Counted from the first letter of the stretch, positions 19,471 through 33,137 are shown. The stretch: DNA of 64,000 nucleotides from Vicinamibacteria bacterium (GCA_963828745.1 CAWHFZ010000008.1:224723-288722), one strand, 5' to 3'. The notes: a model not told the origin generated them from the sequence alone. Numbers and translations: made by a program.

Positions 19471-19509
19471 CTACCTCTGAGGCAGGCTGCCCCCGGCGAG
19501 GATGCCGCG

Positions 19510-24079
<4,570 letters not shown>

Positions 24080-24087
<8 letters not shown>

Positions 24088-25522
24088 GCCTACCGGATTC
24101 ATCGAGATCGCCCGCAAGAAGCAACCGTCACGGCCGGTCGCCGAGCGCGTCAAGGACTGGCGCGAGGTGTATCTGCCGCATGCGAACGAGACGCTGGCGC
24201 AGCAGGGCGCGCGTTGCATGGACTGCGGCATTCCCTTCTGCCATGAGGGCTGCCCGCTCGGGAACCTGATTCCCGACTGGAACGATCTTGTCTATCGGGA
24301 TCGATGGCAGACCGCCATCGAGCGTCTGCTGGCGACGAACAATTTCCCGGAGTTCACGGGCCGGCTCTGCCCGGCTCCGTGCGAAGGCGCCTGCGTGCTC
24401 GGGATCAACAGCGACCCGGTCACCATCAAGGGTATTGAGAACGCGATCATCGAGCGGGCCTTCGACGAGGGCTGGATCTCACCCCGGCCGCCGAAGTCGC
24501 GCAGCGGCAAGCGCATCGCCGTGGTCGGATCCGGGCCCTCGGGTCTCGCGGCTGCCGATCAACTGAACAAGGCGGGACACGGGGTCACCGTCTTCGAGCG
24601 GGCCGATCGCATCGGTGGTCTGCTTCGCTACGGGATCCCTGAATTCAAGATGGAGAAGCGCGTCCTCGATCGCCGGCTCGCGGTCCTGGAGGCGGAAGGT
24701 GTCAAGTTCCGGACGAACGCGAACATCGGCGAGGGCATTCCCGCCGACGAGCTCCGCCGCGAGTTCGACGCGGTCGTTCTGTGCGGCGGGGCGACCATTC
24801 CACGCGATCTGCCGATCCCGGGACGTCAGCTCTCCGGCGTCCACTTTGCGATGGATTACCTGACGCAGCAGAACCGGCGCTGCGAAGGCGACGATCTCAG
24901 CAGCTCGCCCCTGATCACCGCCGCGGGCAAACGCGTGGTCATCATCGGCGGCGGCGACACTGGCGCCGACTGCCTGGGCACGGCGCATCGTCAAGGGGCT
25001 CGATCGATACACCAGTTCGAGCTGCTGCCGAAGCCGCCAGACACGCGTGCCGACAGCAACCCCTGGCCGCAATGGCCGCAGATCTTCCGTGTCTCGTCTG
25101 CGCATGAGGAAGGCGGCGAGCGCCTCTACTCGGTGTCGACCACCGAGTTCGTCGGCCATAGCGACGGACGCCTCCAGGGACTGACGGGCGTCAGCGTGGT
25201 GCCGGCCCAGGAAAACGGTCGCATGACGTTCAAGCCGGTTCCCGGCAGCGAGTTCACGCTCGAGTGCGAGCTCGTGCTCCTGGCCATGGGCTTTACGGGT
25301 GCGGAACGAAGCGCAGTCGATCAGCTGGGCGTGAAGCTCACCGATCGCGGTACCGTCGCGCGCGACGAGAGGTGGATGACGAACGTGCCCGGCGTCTTCA
25401 CTGCCGGTGACATGCAGCGCGGTCAGTCGTTGATCGTGTGGGCGATTGCCGAGGGTCGCAGCGCCGCGCGCGGCGTCGATCAGTGGCTGAGCGGCCAGTC
25501 TCAGCTCCCGGCCCCGCTTTAA
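24080..25522 (+). CDS. gltD: Glutamate synthase small subunit (NADPH)
   Basis: ORF 24071..25522. The GTG at 24080 gives MGKPTGF..., typical of GltD; 24071 is an alternative. Fe-S Cys clusters and [10 protein letters not shown] dinucleotide fold. Confidence 0.9.
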
Positions 25523-25534
25523 CGCGCCGTGTCG

Positions 25535-25604
25535 TGGAGGCGGGGCTTTAGCCCCGCCGTATAATCGGCGGCGGCATCGGCGGCCCTGAAGGGCCGCCTC
25601 CACA
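25535..25604. repeat. Inverted pair of REP variants (GGCGGGGC-TTTA-GCCCCGCC and GGCGGCCC-TGAA-GGGCCGCC) with GTGGAGG/CCTCCAC flanks
   Basis: Palindromes at 25539-25558 and 25579-25598, immediately after the gltD stop. The stems differ from the main family, but each stays self-complementary. Confidence 0.8.
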
Positions 25605-25605
25605 A

Positions 25606-25635
25606 CCGACCCGATCCGACCCGATCCGACCCGTC
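25606..25635. repeat. Three tandem decamers CCGACCCGAT
   Basis: 25606-25615, 25616-25625 and 25626-25635 (last unit CCGACCCGTC). Overlaps the stop of the SDR gene. Confidence 0.85.
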
Positions 25636-26401
25636 ATTGTTCCTGATAAAACCACGTCAGGCCGCCGTCGACGGTGAACGTCGCGCCGGTGGCGTAGTCT
25701 GATTCCGCAGACGCAAGGAACACCGCGAGACTGGCGACATCGTCTGTCTTCCCGATGCGGCCGACCGGGATCTGCGCGGTTAACGCCGCTACCTTCTGCG
25801 GATCGCTCAGCAGCTTCGCATTGATCGGCGTCTCGATCGCGCCAGGCGCAATCGAGTTGATCGTGATGCCAAGAGGTCCGAGTTCAACCGCGAGGTTCCG
25901 GGTCAGCATCTTCAGCCCCCCCTTGCTCGCGCAGTAGGACGCGAAGTTCGGGAACGGCAGCTCTTCGTGCACCGAGCTGATGTTGATCACCTTCCCGCCG
26001 CGCCCGTCGGCCCGCAGTTTGTTGACGAAGGTCTGTGTCGCGAAGAAGACGCCCTTGAGATTGATGTTGAGTACCTTGTCGTAGTCGCTCTCCGTCACGT
26101 CCCAGAACGGCGCATGGCTCTCGACGCCGGCGTTGTTCACCAGAACGTCGAGCCCACCCAGGCCCTCCCAGCCCTGCTCCACGAGCGCTCGCACCGACGC
26201 GACCGATCCGAGATCGCCTTTGATCGCTGTCGCGCGGCGTCCGGTCGCCTGGATTCGCGCCACCGTTTCCTCGGCACCTTTCGGATCGCTGTTGTAGTTG
26301 ACGACAACGTCCGCGCCTTCCTCCGCGTAGCGAATCGCAATCGCCTGACCGATCCCCTTACTGCTGCCGGTGACGAGCGCGCGTTTACCTTGAAGTCGCA
26401 T
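25634..26401 (-). CDS. Short-chain dehydrogenase/reductase, glucose 1-dehydrogenase-like
   Basis: 255 aa. TGSSKGIG cofactor motif, NNAG, catalytic YCASK. Confidence 0.85.
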   Translation of the reverse strand: MRLQGKRALVTGSSKGIGQAIAIRYAEEGADVVVNYNSDPKGAEETVARIQATGRRATAIKGDLGSVASVRALVEQGWEGLGGLDVLVNNAGVESHAPFWDVTESDYDKVLNINLKGVFFATQTFVNKLRADGRGGKVINISSVHEELPFPNFASYCASKGGLKMLTRNLAVELGPLGITINSIAPGAIETPINAKLLSDPQKVAALTAQIPVGRIGKTDDVASLAVFLASAESDYATGATFTVDGGLTWFYQEQ

Positions 26402-26434
26402 TCGTGATCCCTAAGTCCGTGTCCGTCCGTGACC

Positions 26435-27760
26435 TCAGTCCAACGACCCCGCACCCGGGCCGGGACGCGTGATGAAAAACGCGCTGGATGCCGCGGCTTT
26501 GGGGTGTCCACCTCGATAGGCCCGTCGCCAGGCGGTGAGGAACGCCTCGGCCCTGGCCGACTCGACGAGAGCCCACACGCTGCCACCAAAGCCGGCCCCG
26601 AACGCGGACGCGGCAAGCGCGCCGTTGGTGCGCGCCAATGCAGCAAGGGCGCTGGTTTCCGCGACCTGGTTCCCCAGCAGACGTTCCGCCGCTTCCTGCG
26701 ATCGATCGACGAGCCGTCCGAACTCGTCGAACGCGCCAGCGTTGAGCGCGTCGATGGCGCTCGGCACGAGCTCACCATACTCGACGAGAAAATGCTCGAG
26801 GCGCGACCGAAGCGCGGCGCGCTCGGCTGGGTCGTCTGACTGATCCGCCAACGCTCGCAGGCGATCTGCGGCATCGGGACTCGACGCGAGCGCATCCGCA
26901 AGGCTGACGTCGCTGCGGCCAGTGGCGTGGCGCCACCGATCGACCAGCGTGCTGACGAGCGATGCGGCCCGGTTGTACCGCTCGCGCGCGCTGCCGGTCT
27001 TCGCGGCGGCGATGCCGCTCGACGCCACGACGAAGGTCAAGTCCTCCGGCAACGAAATAAGCGCGGTCCGCGACACCGGAATGTAGTGATAGACGCCCAG
27101 ACGCCCCGCCTCGCTCAGCAGGATCGCCGTGTGATCCTGGCTGCCGCCGGACGTGCCGACGCCCTGATCGCCTGACAGGTTCAGGAACGCCTTGCCGTTT
27201 TCGATGCTCCCCAGGTAGCCGGCTAGCCGCCACTCATCGCCGATCTCGGAGATGTACCGTGGGTCCTGTTCGAGCTGGTTCACGTCGGCCAGCGTGAGAA
27301 AGACCGCGATCACGAGCGCGCTCGACGTACTCAAACCGGCGGCACGCGGAAGATTCGAGTAAAACCCAATATCGGCACCGCGCGTCACGCCGGTGAAGTT
27401 TCTCGCCAGGCGTCGTGCCACCGTCATCGGATAGTTGGACCAGATCCCGACGGGCGGCTGCAGGTCGGGCGAGATCGGGAACTCGGCGCGCCGCGCATCT
27501 TGTGCATCGAAAATGCGGACGAGGCCATCGCGGCGTGGGGCGTACGAGACGGCGAAGCCGCGTTCCACGGCGCAGGTGAGGCTCCGGCCGCCCGCGTAGT
27601 CGGTGTGCTTGCCGATCACTTCGATCCGTCCGGGCACGAACAATCGGCGCGCCGGCGTCCCGCCGTCGATCGTCCGGAACACCTCGTCCGCACGCCGCAC
27701 CGCGTCGTCGGCGAGCGGGCGCGCCGCCGCTGACAATCGATCGAGCACGGCGTGCGTCAC
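26435..27760 (-). CDS. GHMP-family sugar kinase (galactokinase-like)
   Basis: A GTG at 27760 overlaps the upstream stop (GTGA). GRIEVIGKHTDYAGG (galactokinase signature-like) and NLPRAAGLSTSSAL (GHMP motif 2). Confidence 0.8.
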   Translation of the reverse strand: MTHAVLDRLSAAARPLADDAVRRADEVFRTIDGGTPARRLFVPGRIEVIGKHTDYAGGRSLTCAVERGFAVSYAPRRDGLVRIFDAQDARRAEFPISPDLQPPVGIWSNYPMTVARRLARNFTGVTRGADIGFYSNLPRAAGLSTSSALVIAVFLTLADVNQLEQDPRYISEIGDEWRLAGYLGSIENGKAFLNLSGDQGVGTSGGSQDHTAILLSEAGRLGVYHYIPVSRTALISLPEDLTFVVASSGIAAAKTGSARERYNRAASLVSTLVDRWRHATGRSDVSLADALASSPDAADRLRALADQSDDPAERAALRSRLEHFLVEYGELVPSAIDALNAGAFDEFGRLVDRSQEAAERLLGNQVAETSALAALARTNGALAASAFGAGFGGSVWALVESARAEAFLTAWRRAYRGGHPKAAASSAFFITRPGPGAGSLD

Positions 27761-28566
27761 AGCACGACCTCGACGCCGGCAAGGCGCGACGCCACGCCCG
27801 CGATGTCCACCTGTCTCGAGAGGTCGAGCACCGCCGACTCGACACGGATCGCGCGAACGCGCATCGCACCCGTCTGAATGCCCAGCTGCACCGCCGCCGG
27901 CAGCTCGAGCTCGCCGCGCGCGGACAGTGGCACCTCGCGGCACATGCGGAAAATCCGGCTGTCGAAGCGCCAGCAATTCATGCTGAGAAAGACATCGTCA
28001 CCCAGCGCACGGAGCGTCTCGGCGTCGGGTTTCTCGACGATGCGCCGCATGTAGTCGCCGTCGAGATCGAGGACCGCGAAGCTGGCGACGCGCGATGGCT
28101 CGATCTGACCGTCCGCCAGCAGTCCGACACGACTGAAGGCGACGAGGCCGGGTTCGTCGATCGTCGCAAGCCGGCGCAGCGCGTCGACCGGATAGTAGTT
28201 GTCGCTGTTGATGACCAGGAATGGCTCGCCGTCAGTCCACGACTCGGCCGCGAGCACGGCATCGGCAGTCCCGTGCGGCTCCTGCTGCACAGCGAAGTCG
28301 ATGGTCATCCTTGTCGGTGACGTCTCAACCTGATAGCGCCGCCGGAGCAGGTCGTGCTCGGGACCGATGACAAGACAGATGCGGTGGATACCGGCGTCGG
28401 CCAGCGCGCTCAGGACGTAGTCGAGAAACGGACGACCGATGGGGATCAATGCCTTGACGCCCGTCGACGCCACGTGTGCCTGGTCGCCGCTCATCTGTGC
28501 GGCGGCGTCTGCTTTCCGCATGCGCGTGCCCAGGCCACGCGCGAGGATCACGGCTCGTGTGGTCAT
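27757..28566 (-). CDS. Sugar-1-phosphate nucleotidyltransferase
   Basis: The ATG at 28566 gives MTTRAVILARGLGTRMRK (the G-x-G-T-R signature). The rest of ORF 27757..29061 upstream is a spurious extension overlapping the opposite-strand gene. Confidence 0.8.
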   Translation of the reverse strand: MTTRAVILARGLGTRMRKADAAAQMSGDQAHVASTGVKALIPIGRPFLDYVLSALADAGIHRICLVIGPEHDLLRRRYQVETSPTRMTIDFAVQQEPHGTADAVLAAESWTDGEPFLVINSDNYYPVDALRRLATIDEPGLVAFSRVGLLADGQIEPSRVASFAVLDLDGDYMRRIVEKPDAETLRALGDDVFLSMNCWRFDSRIFRMCREVPLSARGELELPAAVQLGIQTGAMRVRAIRVESAVLDLSRQVDIAGVASRLAGVEVVL

Positions 28567-28702
28567 GGAGTAGCGGACGGCGCGCTCTGCTGCCTCATGC
28601 GAACGCATTGTATCCAACGAGCCCGGCCTCAACCGTGTCAAACGTGCTAGGCTCGTCGTGCGTTCGCGGCGAGTGTCGCCGTTCGCACTTTGGGGGTGAG
28701 CC

Positions 28703-28957
28703 ATGGGTGACCTTCTTATCTGGATCCTTTTCGGTCTCGTCGTCGGCGCGCTCGCCAAACTCGTGATGCCCGGTAACGATCCGGGGGGCATCATCGTGAC
28801 CATCCTCCTCGGGATCGCCGGCTCGCTGCTGGGCGGATTCCTCGGCCGGATGCTGGGGTTGTACGATCGCGGCGAAGCGGCCGGGTTCGTGATGTCGCTG
28901 GTCGGCGCCGTCGTGCTCCTGGCCCTGTATCGGCAGTTCGTTCGATCGCGCGCCTGA
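28703..28957 (+). CDS. GlsB/YeaQ/YmgE-family small membrane protein
   Basis: 84 aa. GLVVGALAKLVMPG and ILLGIAGSLLGGFLG are typical transglycosylase-associated family motifs. Confidence 0.8.
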   Translation: MGDLLIWILFGLVVGALAKLVMPGNDPGGIIVTILLGIAGSLLGGFLGRMLGLYDRGEAAGFVMSLVGAVVLLALYRQFVRSRA

Positions 28958-29880
28958 TGACGCTGCCGCCGGCGTTCTTCGTTGGCGCCAACCTGCCGTG
29001 GATTCGTTACGGCGGTGATTTTGGCGCGAACGCCTGGGCGCCGGCCGGCCTCTCCCAGCATTCAGAGCCTGACCGCATCGCCTCGCTGTTCGAGACGCTG
29101 CGCGCGCATGGCATCACGACCATCCGCTGGTTCTTCCTGTGCGATGGACGGGCGGGCGTCCGCTTCGGCGCGGACGGGTTCCCCGACGGCCTGGACGACG
29201 TCGTGTTTCGTGACGTGGACACGGCGTTGTCGTGGGCCGAGCGCGCGGGCCTCGGCGTGCTGCCCGTCCTGCTCGATTTTCATTGGTGCATGCCCGCACG
29301 GACGGTCAACGGCGTGCAGCTCGGCGGACGTCGTCTCGTCTTGTCACGGCCGTCCGGCCGCAAACGGTTGATCGAGACCGTGATCGCGCCGCTGCTCGAG
29401 CGCTACGGCCGCGACTCCCGAGTACATGGGTGGGATCTGATCAACGAACCGGAGTGGGTGACGTTCGGTGTCGGCACCTGGCATGCGCGCCGAAGCATCC
29501 TGCGACAGGCGATGAGGGGTTATATCCGGGACGCGGCGGCCTGCGCGCACGCGCGCGTCGTGCAGCCGGTCACCGTCGGCTCCGCGAGCACCCGATGGCT
29601 TGGACTGGTAAAGGGTCTCGACCTGGACTTCTACCAGCCCCACTGGTACGACAGTTTCGAATCGCGAGCGCCTCTCGCGATGCCCGTCGAAGCCATGCGC
29701 TGCGACCGCCCCCTGGTGCTTGGAGAGTTCCCGACGCGTGGCTCCGCGCGTGCTCCAGACGTGTTGATCGAGATGGCGCGCGCCGCCGGATATCAGGGCG
29801 CGATGTTCTGGTCGGTGTTGGCCGAGGATCCCGCGACAGATTTCGAGTGCGCGCGCGAGGCGTTGGCCAGACGAGCATGA
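28957..29880 (+). CDS. Glycoside hydrolase, GH5-like TIM barrel
   Basis: 307 aa. WDLINEPEW (acid/base NEP) and LVLGEFP (candidate nucleophile). Confidence 0.5.
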   Translation: MTLPPAFFVGANLPWIRYGGDFGANAWAPAGLSQHSEPDRIASLFETLRAHGITTIRWFFLCDGRAGVRFGADGFPDGLDDVVFRDVDTALSWAERAGLGVLPVLLDFHWCMPARTVNGVQLGGRRLVLSRPSGRKRLIETVIAPLLERYGRDSRVHGWDLINEPEWVTFGVGTWHARRSILRQAMRGYIRDAAACAHARVVQPVTVGSASTRWLGLVKGLDLDFYQPHWYDSFESRAPLAMPVEAMRCDRPLVLGEFPTRGSARAPDVLIEMARAAGYQGAMFWSVLAEDPATDFECAREALARRA

Positions 29881-29966
29881 TGTCGCGGCGGGGGTTCAGC
29901 CCGCGCCATTGCAGGCCGGCATGAAGGCCCGCCTCTACATCAGCTGTTTCCCCGCCCGGCTCGACA

Positions 29967-31079
29967 TCAGCTGTTCCCCGCGAGGTAGAAGAAGATCATC
30001 ACGGCGATGAGCGCGAAGACGATCGCGAAGAACACCTTCCAGGGGCTGAGGGGATAGATACCGTCCATTTTTCCCGTGTAGCCGTTTGCCAGTACTTGAT
30101 AGGTCTTGGCCCCGTACGTGTAGGTCATGATCCAGACCGGGACCAGGATGTGTTTGAAGGTACGGCCGGCGAACTCGGGAAAAATTTCGAGAGCGCGGTG
30201 GGTATCGCCAGGGACGGCTGCTGCTGCCATCGATCTGAGTTGCTCTGTCATCTGGTCGATCGAGCGCTGCGCCGCATCGATCAACACCACCTGATAATGC
30301 TCGACGACGAATCCCGAGAGCATCGCGGCGTCGTAGGGCACGAGATCGGTCGTCGGAAACGGCTCGATACGCTTCAACAAGTCGATCCTGACGCCCTGCG
30401 ACCCGGGTACCGGTTCATCATCGAAGAAGTGCTCGATGCGGCCCGACGCCGGCTCCCACCTGACGTGCTGGACCTGGCGTGTCTGCGATCGCCCGCTGCT
30501 GTCGCGATAAGTCTCAGTCGTGTAGTAATAGTGGCCCGCCTCCGCGCGCCAGGGACATGTCGCCTGCGCGTCGAAGGTCCAGTACGGCAGATAGATGCCG
30601 TGAACGGTGTCCACGAGCGCACGCCGTGTCAGCGCGTTCGGCGCGAACCACTTGCTCGCGTACCACCGGCGAATCTGGTCGCGAATCTGCGGTTGCGTGA
30701 CCTTGAACGGCAGGATGCTCTGCGGTGTGATCGGATCCTTCGTCTCGGTGTAGTCCACGAGCGCGGGTGAGCCGCAGAACTCGCAGTTCTGGCCCACCCG
30801 TGTCGGGTCGAACACCATTACGGCGCGGCAGCTCTGGCATCGGACGCTGCGACGCTGGGTGTGCCAGCCGCGCAGATCGTCCGGAAGATCTCGCAGCGTC
30901 TTGACGAGATCGATCTCCTCGATCGCGCCGGTCGCCGGGTTCACCTGATACGGCGACTCGGTGCCGCAGAATGGGCAGACCAGCTTCTGCTTCGCCGGAT
31001 TCCACTCGGCTTGGGCCCCGCACGCGGGACACGGAAACTTCTCCCGCGCCGTGACCTCGGTCGGGTTCGCCGTCGTCAT
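29967..31079 (-). CDS. Zinc-ribbon membrane protein (two CxxC...CxxC ribbons, C-terminal TM)
   Basis: 370 aa. CPACG...CPFCG and CQSC...CEFCG. C-terminal WKVFFAIVFALIAVMIFFYLAG. Lies 15 nt downstream of the SPFH gene. Confidence 0.7.
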   Translation of the reverse strand: MTTANPTEVTAREKFPCPACGAQAEWNPAKQKLVCPFCGTESPYQVNPATGAIEEIDLVKTLRDLPDDLRGWHTQRRSVRCQSCRAVMVFDPTRVGQNCEFCGSPALVDYTETKDPITPQSILPFKVTQPQIRDQIRRWYASKWFAPNALTRRALVDTVHGIYLPYWTFDAQATCPWRAEAGHYYYTTETYRDSSGRSQTRQVQHVRWEPASGRIEHFFDDEPVPGSQGVRIDLLKRIEPFPTTDLVPYDAAMLSGFVVEHYQVVLIDAAQRSIDQMTEQLRSMAAAAVPGDTHRALEIFPEFAGRTFKHILVPVWIMTYTYGAKTYQVLANGYTGKMDGIYPLSPWKVFFAIVFALIAVMIFFYLAGNS

Positions 31080-31094
31080 CGCCTGCCGCGATCG

Positions 31095-32219
31095 TCAGCT
31101 GGCGAGGTACTTCTCGAGTGCCGCGCGCGTGACACGGTAGCTCGTGCCGATCTTCTTGGCCGCGAGCTCGCCCGACTGGATGATCGTCATGACGTCGTCT
31201 TCGGAGACGCCAATCGACTTGGCGACATCGGCCGGCGACAAGAGGTCGGGCAACGCGCCCGTGGCACCTGCGGCACCCGTCGCACCTGCGGCACTCGCCG
31301 CGCCCGCGGCACCCTGGGCACTCGCCGCACCAAGCGCACCAGGCGCACCAGTAACCTTCAGATTCCCGAGATTCTGCTGCGCCATGATCTGCTGGGCGAT
31401 TGCGAAACCGACGGCGAGCTCGCTGGCGGTGCCTGCGGCGCCGGCGCCGCCGGGCTGCTCCATCCCCTTCGCCATCTGATACTTCACGAAGTCGTTGAGA
31501 TTGCCGATCGCGGCCATGCTGGAGCGTTTGTCGATCGCCTGCTCGACCTCCGGCGGAACCGAGACGTTCTCGACGACGAAGCTGGCGATCTGAAGGCCGT
31601 ACTTGCTCGAGACGACGGGATTGATCAGCGGCAGCAGCGCGTCACCGAGCTCGGTGAATCGCGACGCGACGTCGAGCACCGGAATGCGCGCCGACGCCAG
31701 CGCATCGCTGAAGACGCTGACGATCCGCGAGCGCATCGTGTCGGAGAACTCGTCGAGACGGAAGTTCTGATCGGAGCCGGCGACTTCTTTCAGGAACAGC
31801 TTCGGATCGACGACCTTGAAGTCGTAGATTCCGAAGGCACGGGCGCGGACGATGCCGAAGTCCTCGTCGCGCACCATGATCGGATTGGCGGTCCCCCACT
31901 TGTTGCCTGTGAAGAGGCGCGTATTCAGGTAGTAGACGTCGGCCTTGAAGGGCGAGTTGAAGCCGTACTTCCACGACTTCAGCCGGGTCAGGATGGGGAT
32001 GTTGTCGGTCGTCAGCGTGTGCTTGCCAGGACCGAACGTGTCGCCGAACTCGCCCAGGTAGACGAACTGCACCACCTGTGATTCGCGGACGATCAGCTGG
32101 GCGCCGTTCTTGATTGCCTTGTCATCGTCCGGAAAGCGATACGAGAGCGTGTCGCGGGAGTCATCGGTCCACTCGATGATCTCGAGCAACTCGCCCTTGA
32201 TGAAGTCGAAAACACCCAT
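31095..32219 (-). CDS. SPFH/Band-7 (YdjI-type) protein fused to a C-terminal excisionase-type HTH
   Basis: 374 aa. N-terminal MGVFDFIKGELLEIIEW...NGAQLIVRESQ is typical of the COG4260/YdjI family. Ala/Gly linker. C-terminal LLSPADVAKSIGVSEDDVMTIIQSGELAAKKIGTSYRV resembles an HTH_17 domain. Confidence 0.8.
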   Translation of the reverse strand: MGVFDFIKGELLEIIEWTDDSRDTLSYRFPDDDKAIKNGAQLIVRESQVVQFVYLGEFGDTFGPGKHTLTTDNIPILTRLKSWKYGFNSPFKADVYYLNTRLFTGNKWGTANPIMVRDEDFGIVRARAFGIYDFKVVDPKLFLKEVAGSDQNFRLDEFSDTMRSRIVSVFSDALASARIPVLDVASRFTELGDALLPLINPVVSSKYGLQIASFVVENVSVPPEVEQAIDKRSSMAAIGNLNDFVKYQMAKGMEQPGGAGAAGTASELAVGFAIAQQIMAQQNLGNLKVTGAPGALGAASAQGAAGAASAAGATGAAGATGALPDLLSPADVAKSIGVSEDDVMTIIQSGELAAKKIGTSYRVTRAALEKYLAS

Positions 32220-32254
32220 CCGTTCAGCCCTCCAGTCGCGCCATTCTATACGTG

Positions 32255-32307
32255 GGGGGACTGTCCCCCATCTGCTGACATCTGCTCACGGAGGGGGACT
32301 GTCCCCA
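32255..32307. promoter_or_regulatory. Two copies of palindrome GGGGGACTGTCCCC bracketing a direct decamer repeat, upstream of the SPFH operon
   Basis: Palindromes at 32255-32270 and 32294-32307. Between them lie ATCTGCTGAC and ATCTGCTCAC (32271-32290). The site is 36-88 bp upstream of the start at 32219. Confidence 0.4.
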
Positions 32308-32483
32308 AAACCGTGTTTGCGTGCCAGGGTGGCAGCAATTACATACATACGGTCCAGGCGGCCGGAGGTTTCGAGAAGAGATGGCTGCCTGTAAGTCTCA
32401 GCATTTCGCGACGTTCCGCGCCGACGCACCGGAGCGAGATAGGCGGCACAATCGTTGCCTCGGCCTCGACTGGAGGCTGATGC

Positions 32484-33137
32484 ATGCACCGGTTCCTGGC
32501 GTACTCGCTGACGATCGCCTGCGGGCTGCTGTTTGCCGGCACGATTGCGAACACGAACCCCGCGCCGCTGCCTGAAGCCGTGTGGACCGAGACGGCTGCG
32601 GCCGTGCCGGTCGAGCGCGAAATCACGATCCCCGCGGGCACGATACTCCGGCTGCGTCCGGCGCGATCGTTCGGCTCGGACATCTCGAGAATCGAGCAGC
32701 CGATCACGGCAAGCCTGGCCAGAGCGGTCCTGGTCAACGGCCACACTGCGTTGCCGGTCGGCAGCACGGCCTACGGCGTCGTCACAGAAGCGCGCCGCGC
32801 CGGTAAAGTGAAAGGTCGCGCACGGGTCGGCGTGCGGTTCACGCAAATCGCGCCGCACGACGGGCAGCGATATTCGATGCAGACCCGTTCGTGGGTGGCC
32901 GTCGCTCCAGCAACCAAGAAGAAGGACGCGATGACGATCGGGATTCCGGCGGCGGGCGGCGCCGCCATCGGCGCGATCGTTGGCGGCAAGAAGGGCGCTG
33001 CAATCGGCGCGGCCGCTGGGGGCGGCGGCGGCACCGCGGTCGTGTTGACGACGAGGGGCAAGGAAGTACGAGTCGGCCGCGGCGCGACGCTGGCGGTTCG
33101 GCTCAGCGAGCCACTCAGGATGCGGATTCGAGAGTAG
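32484..33137 (+). CDS. Secreted hypothetical protein with C-terminal glycine-zipper
   Basis: 217 aa with a signal peptide. GIPAAGGAAIGAIVGGKKGAAIGAAAGGGGG. Confidence 0.6.
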   Translation: MHRFLAYSLTIACGLLFAGTIANTNPAPLPEAVWTETAAAVPVEREITIPAGTILRLRPARSFGSDISRIEQPITASLARAVLVNGHTALPVGSTAYGVVTEARRAGKVKGRARVGVRFTQIAPHDGQRYSMQTRSWVAVAPATKKKDAMTIGIPAAGGAAIGAIVGGKKGAAIGAAAGGGGGTAVVLTTRGKEVRVGRGATLAVRLSEPLRMRIRE

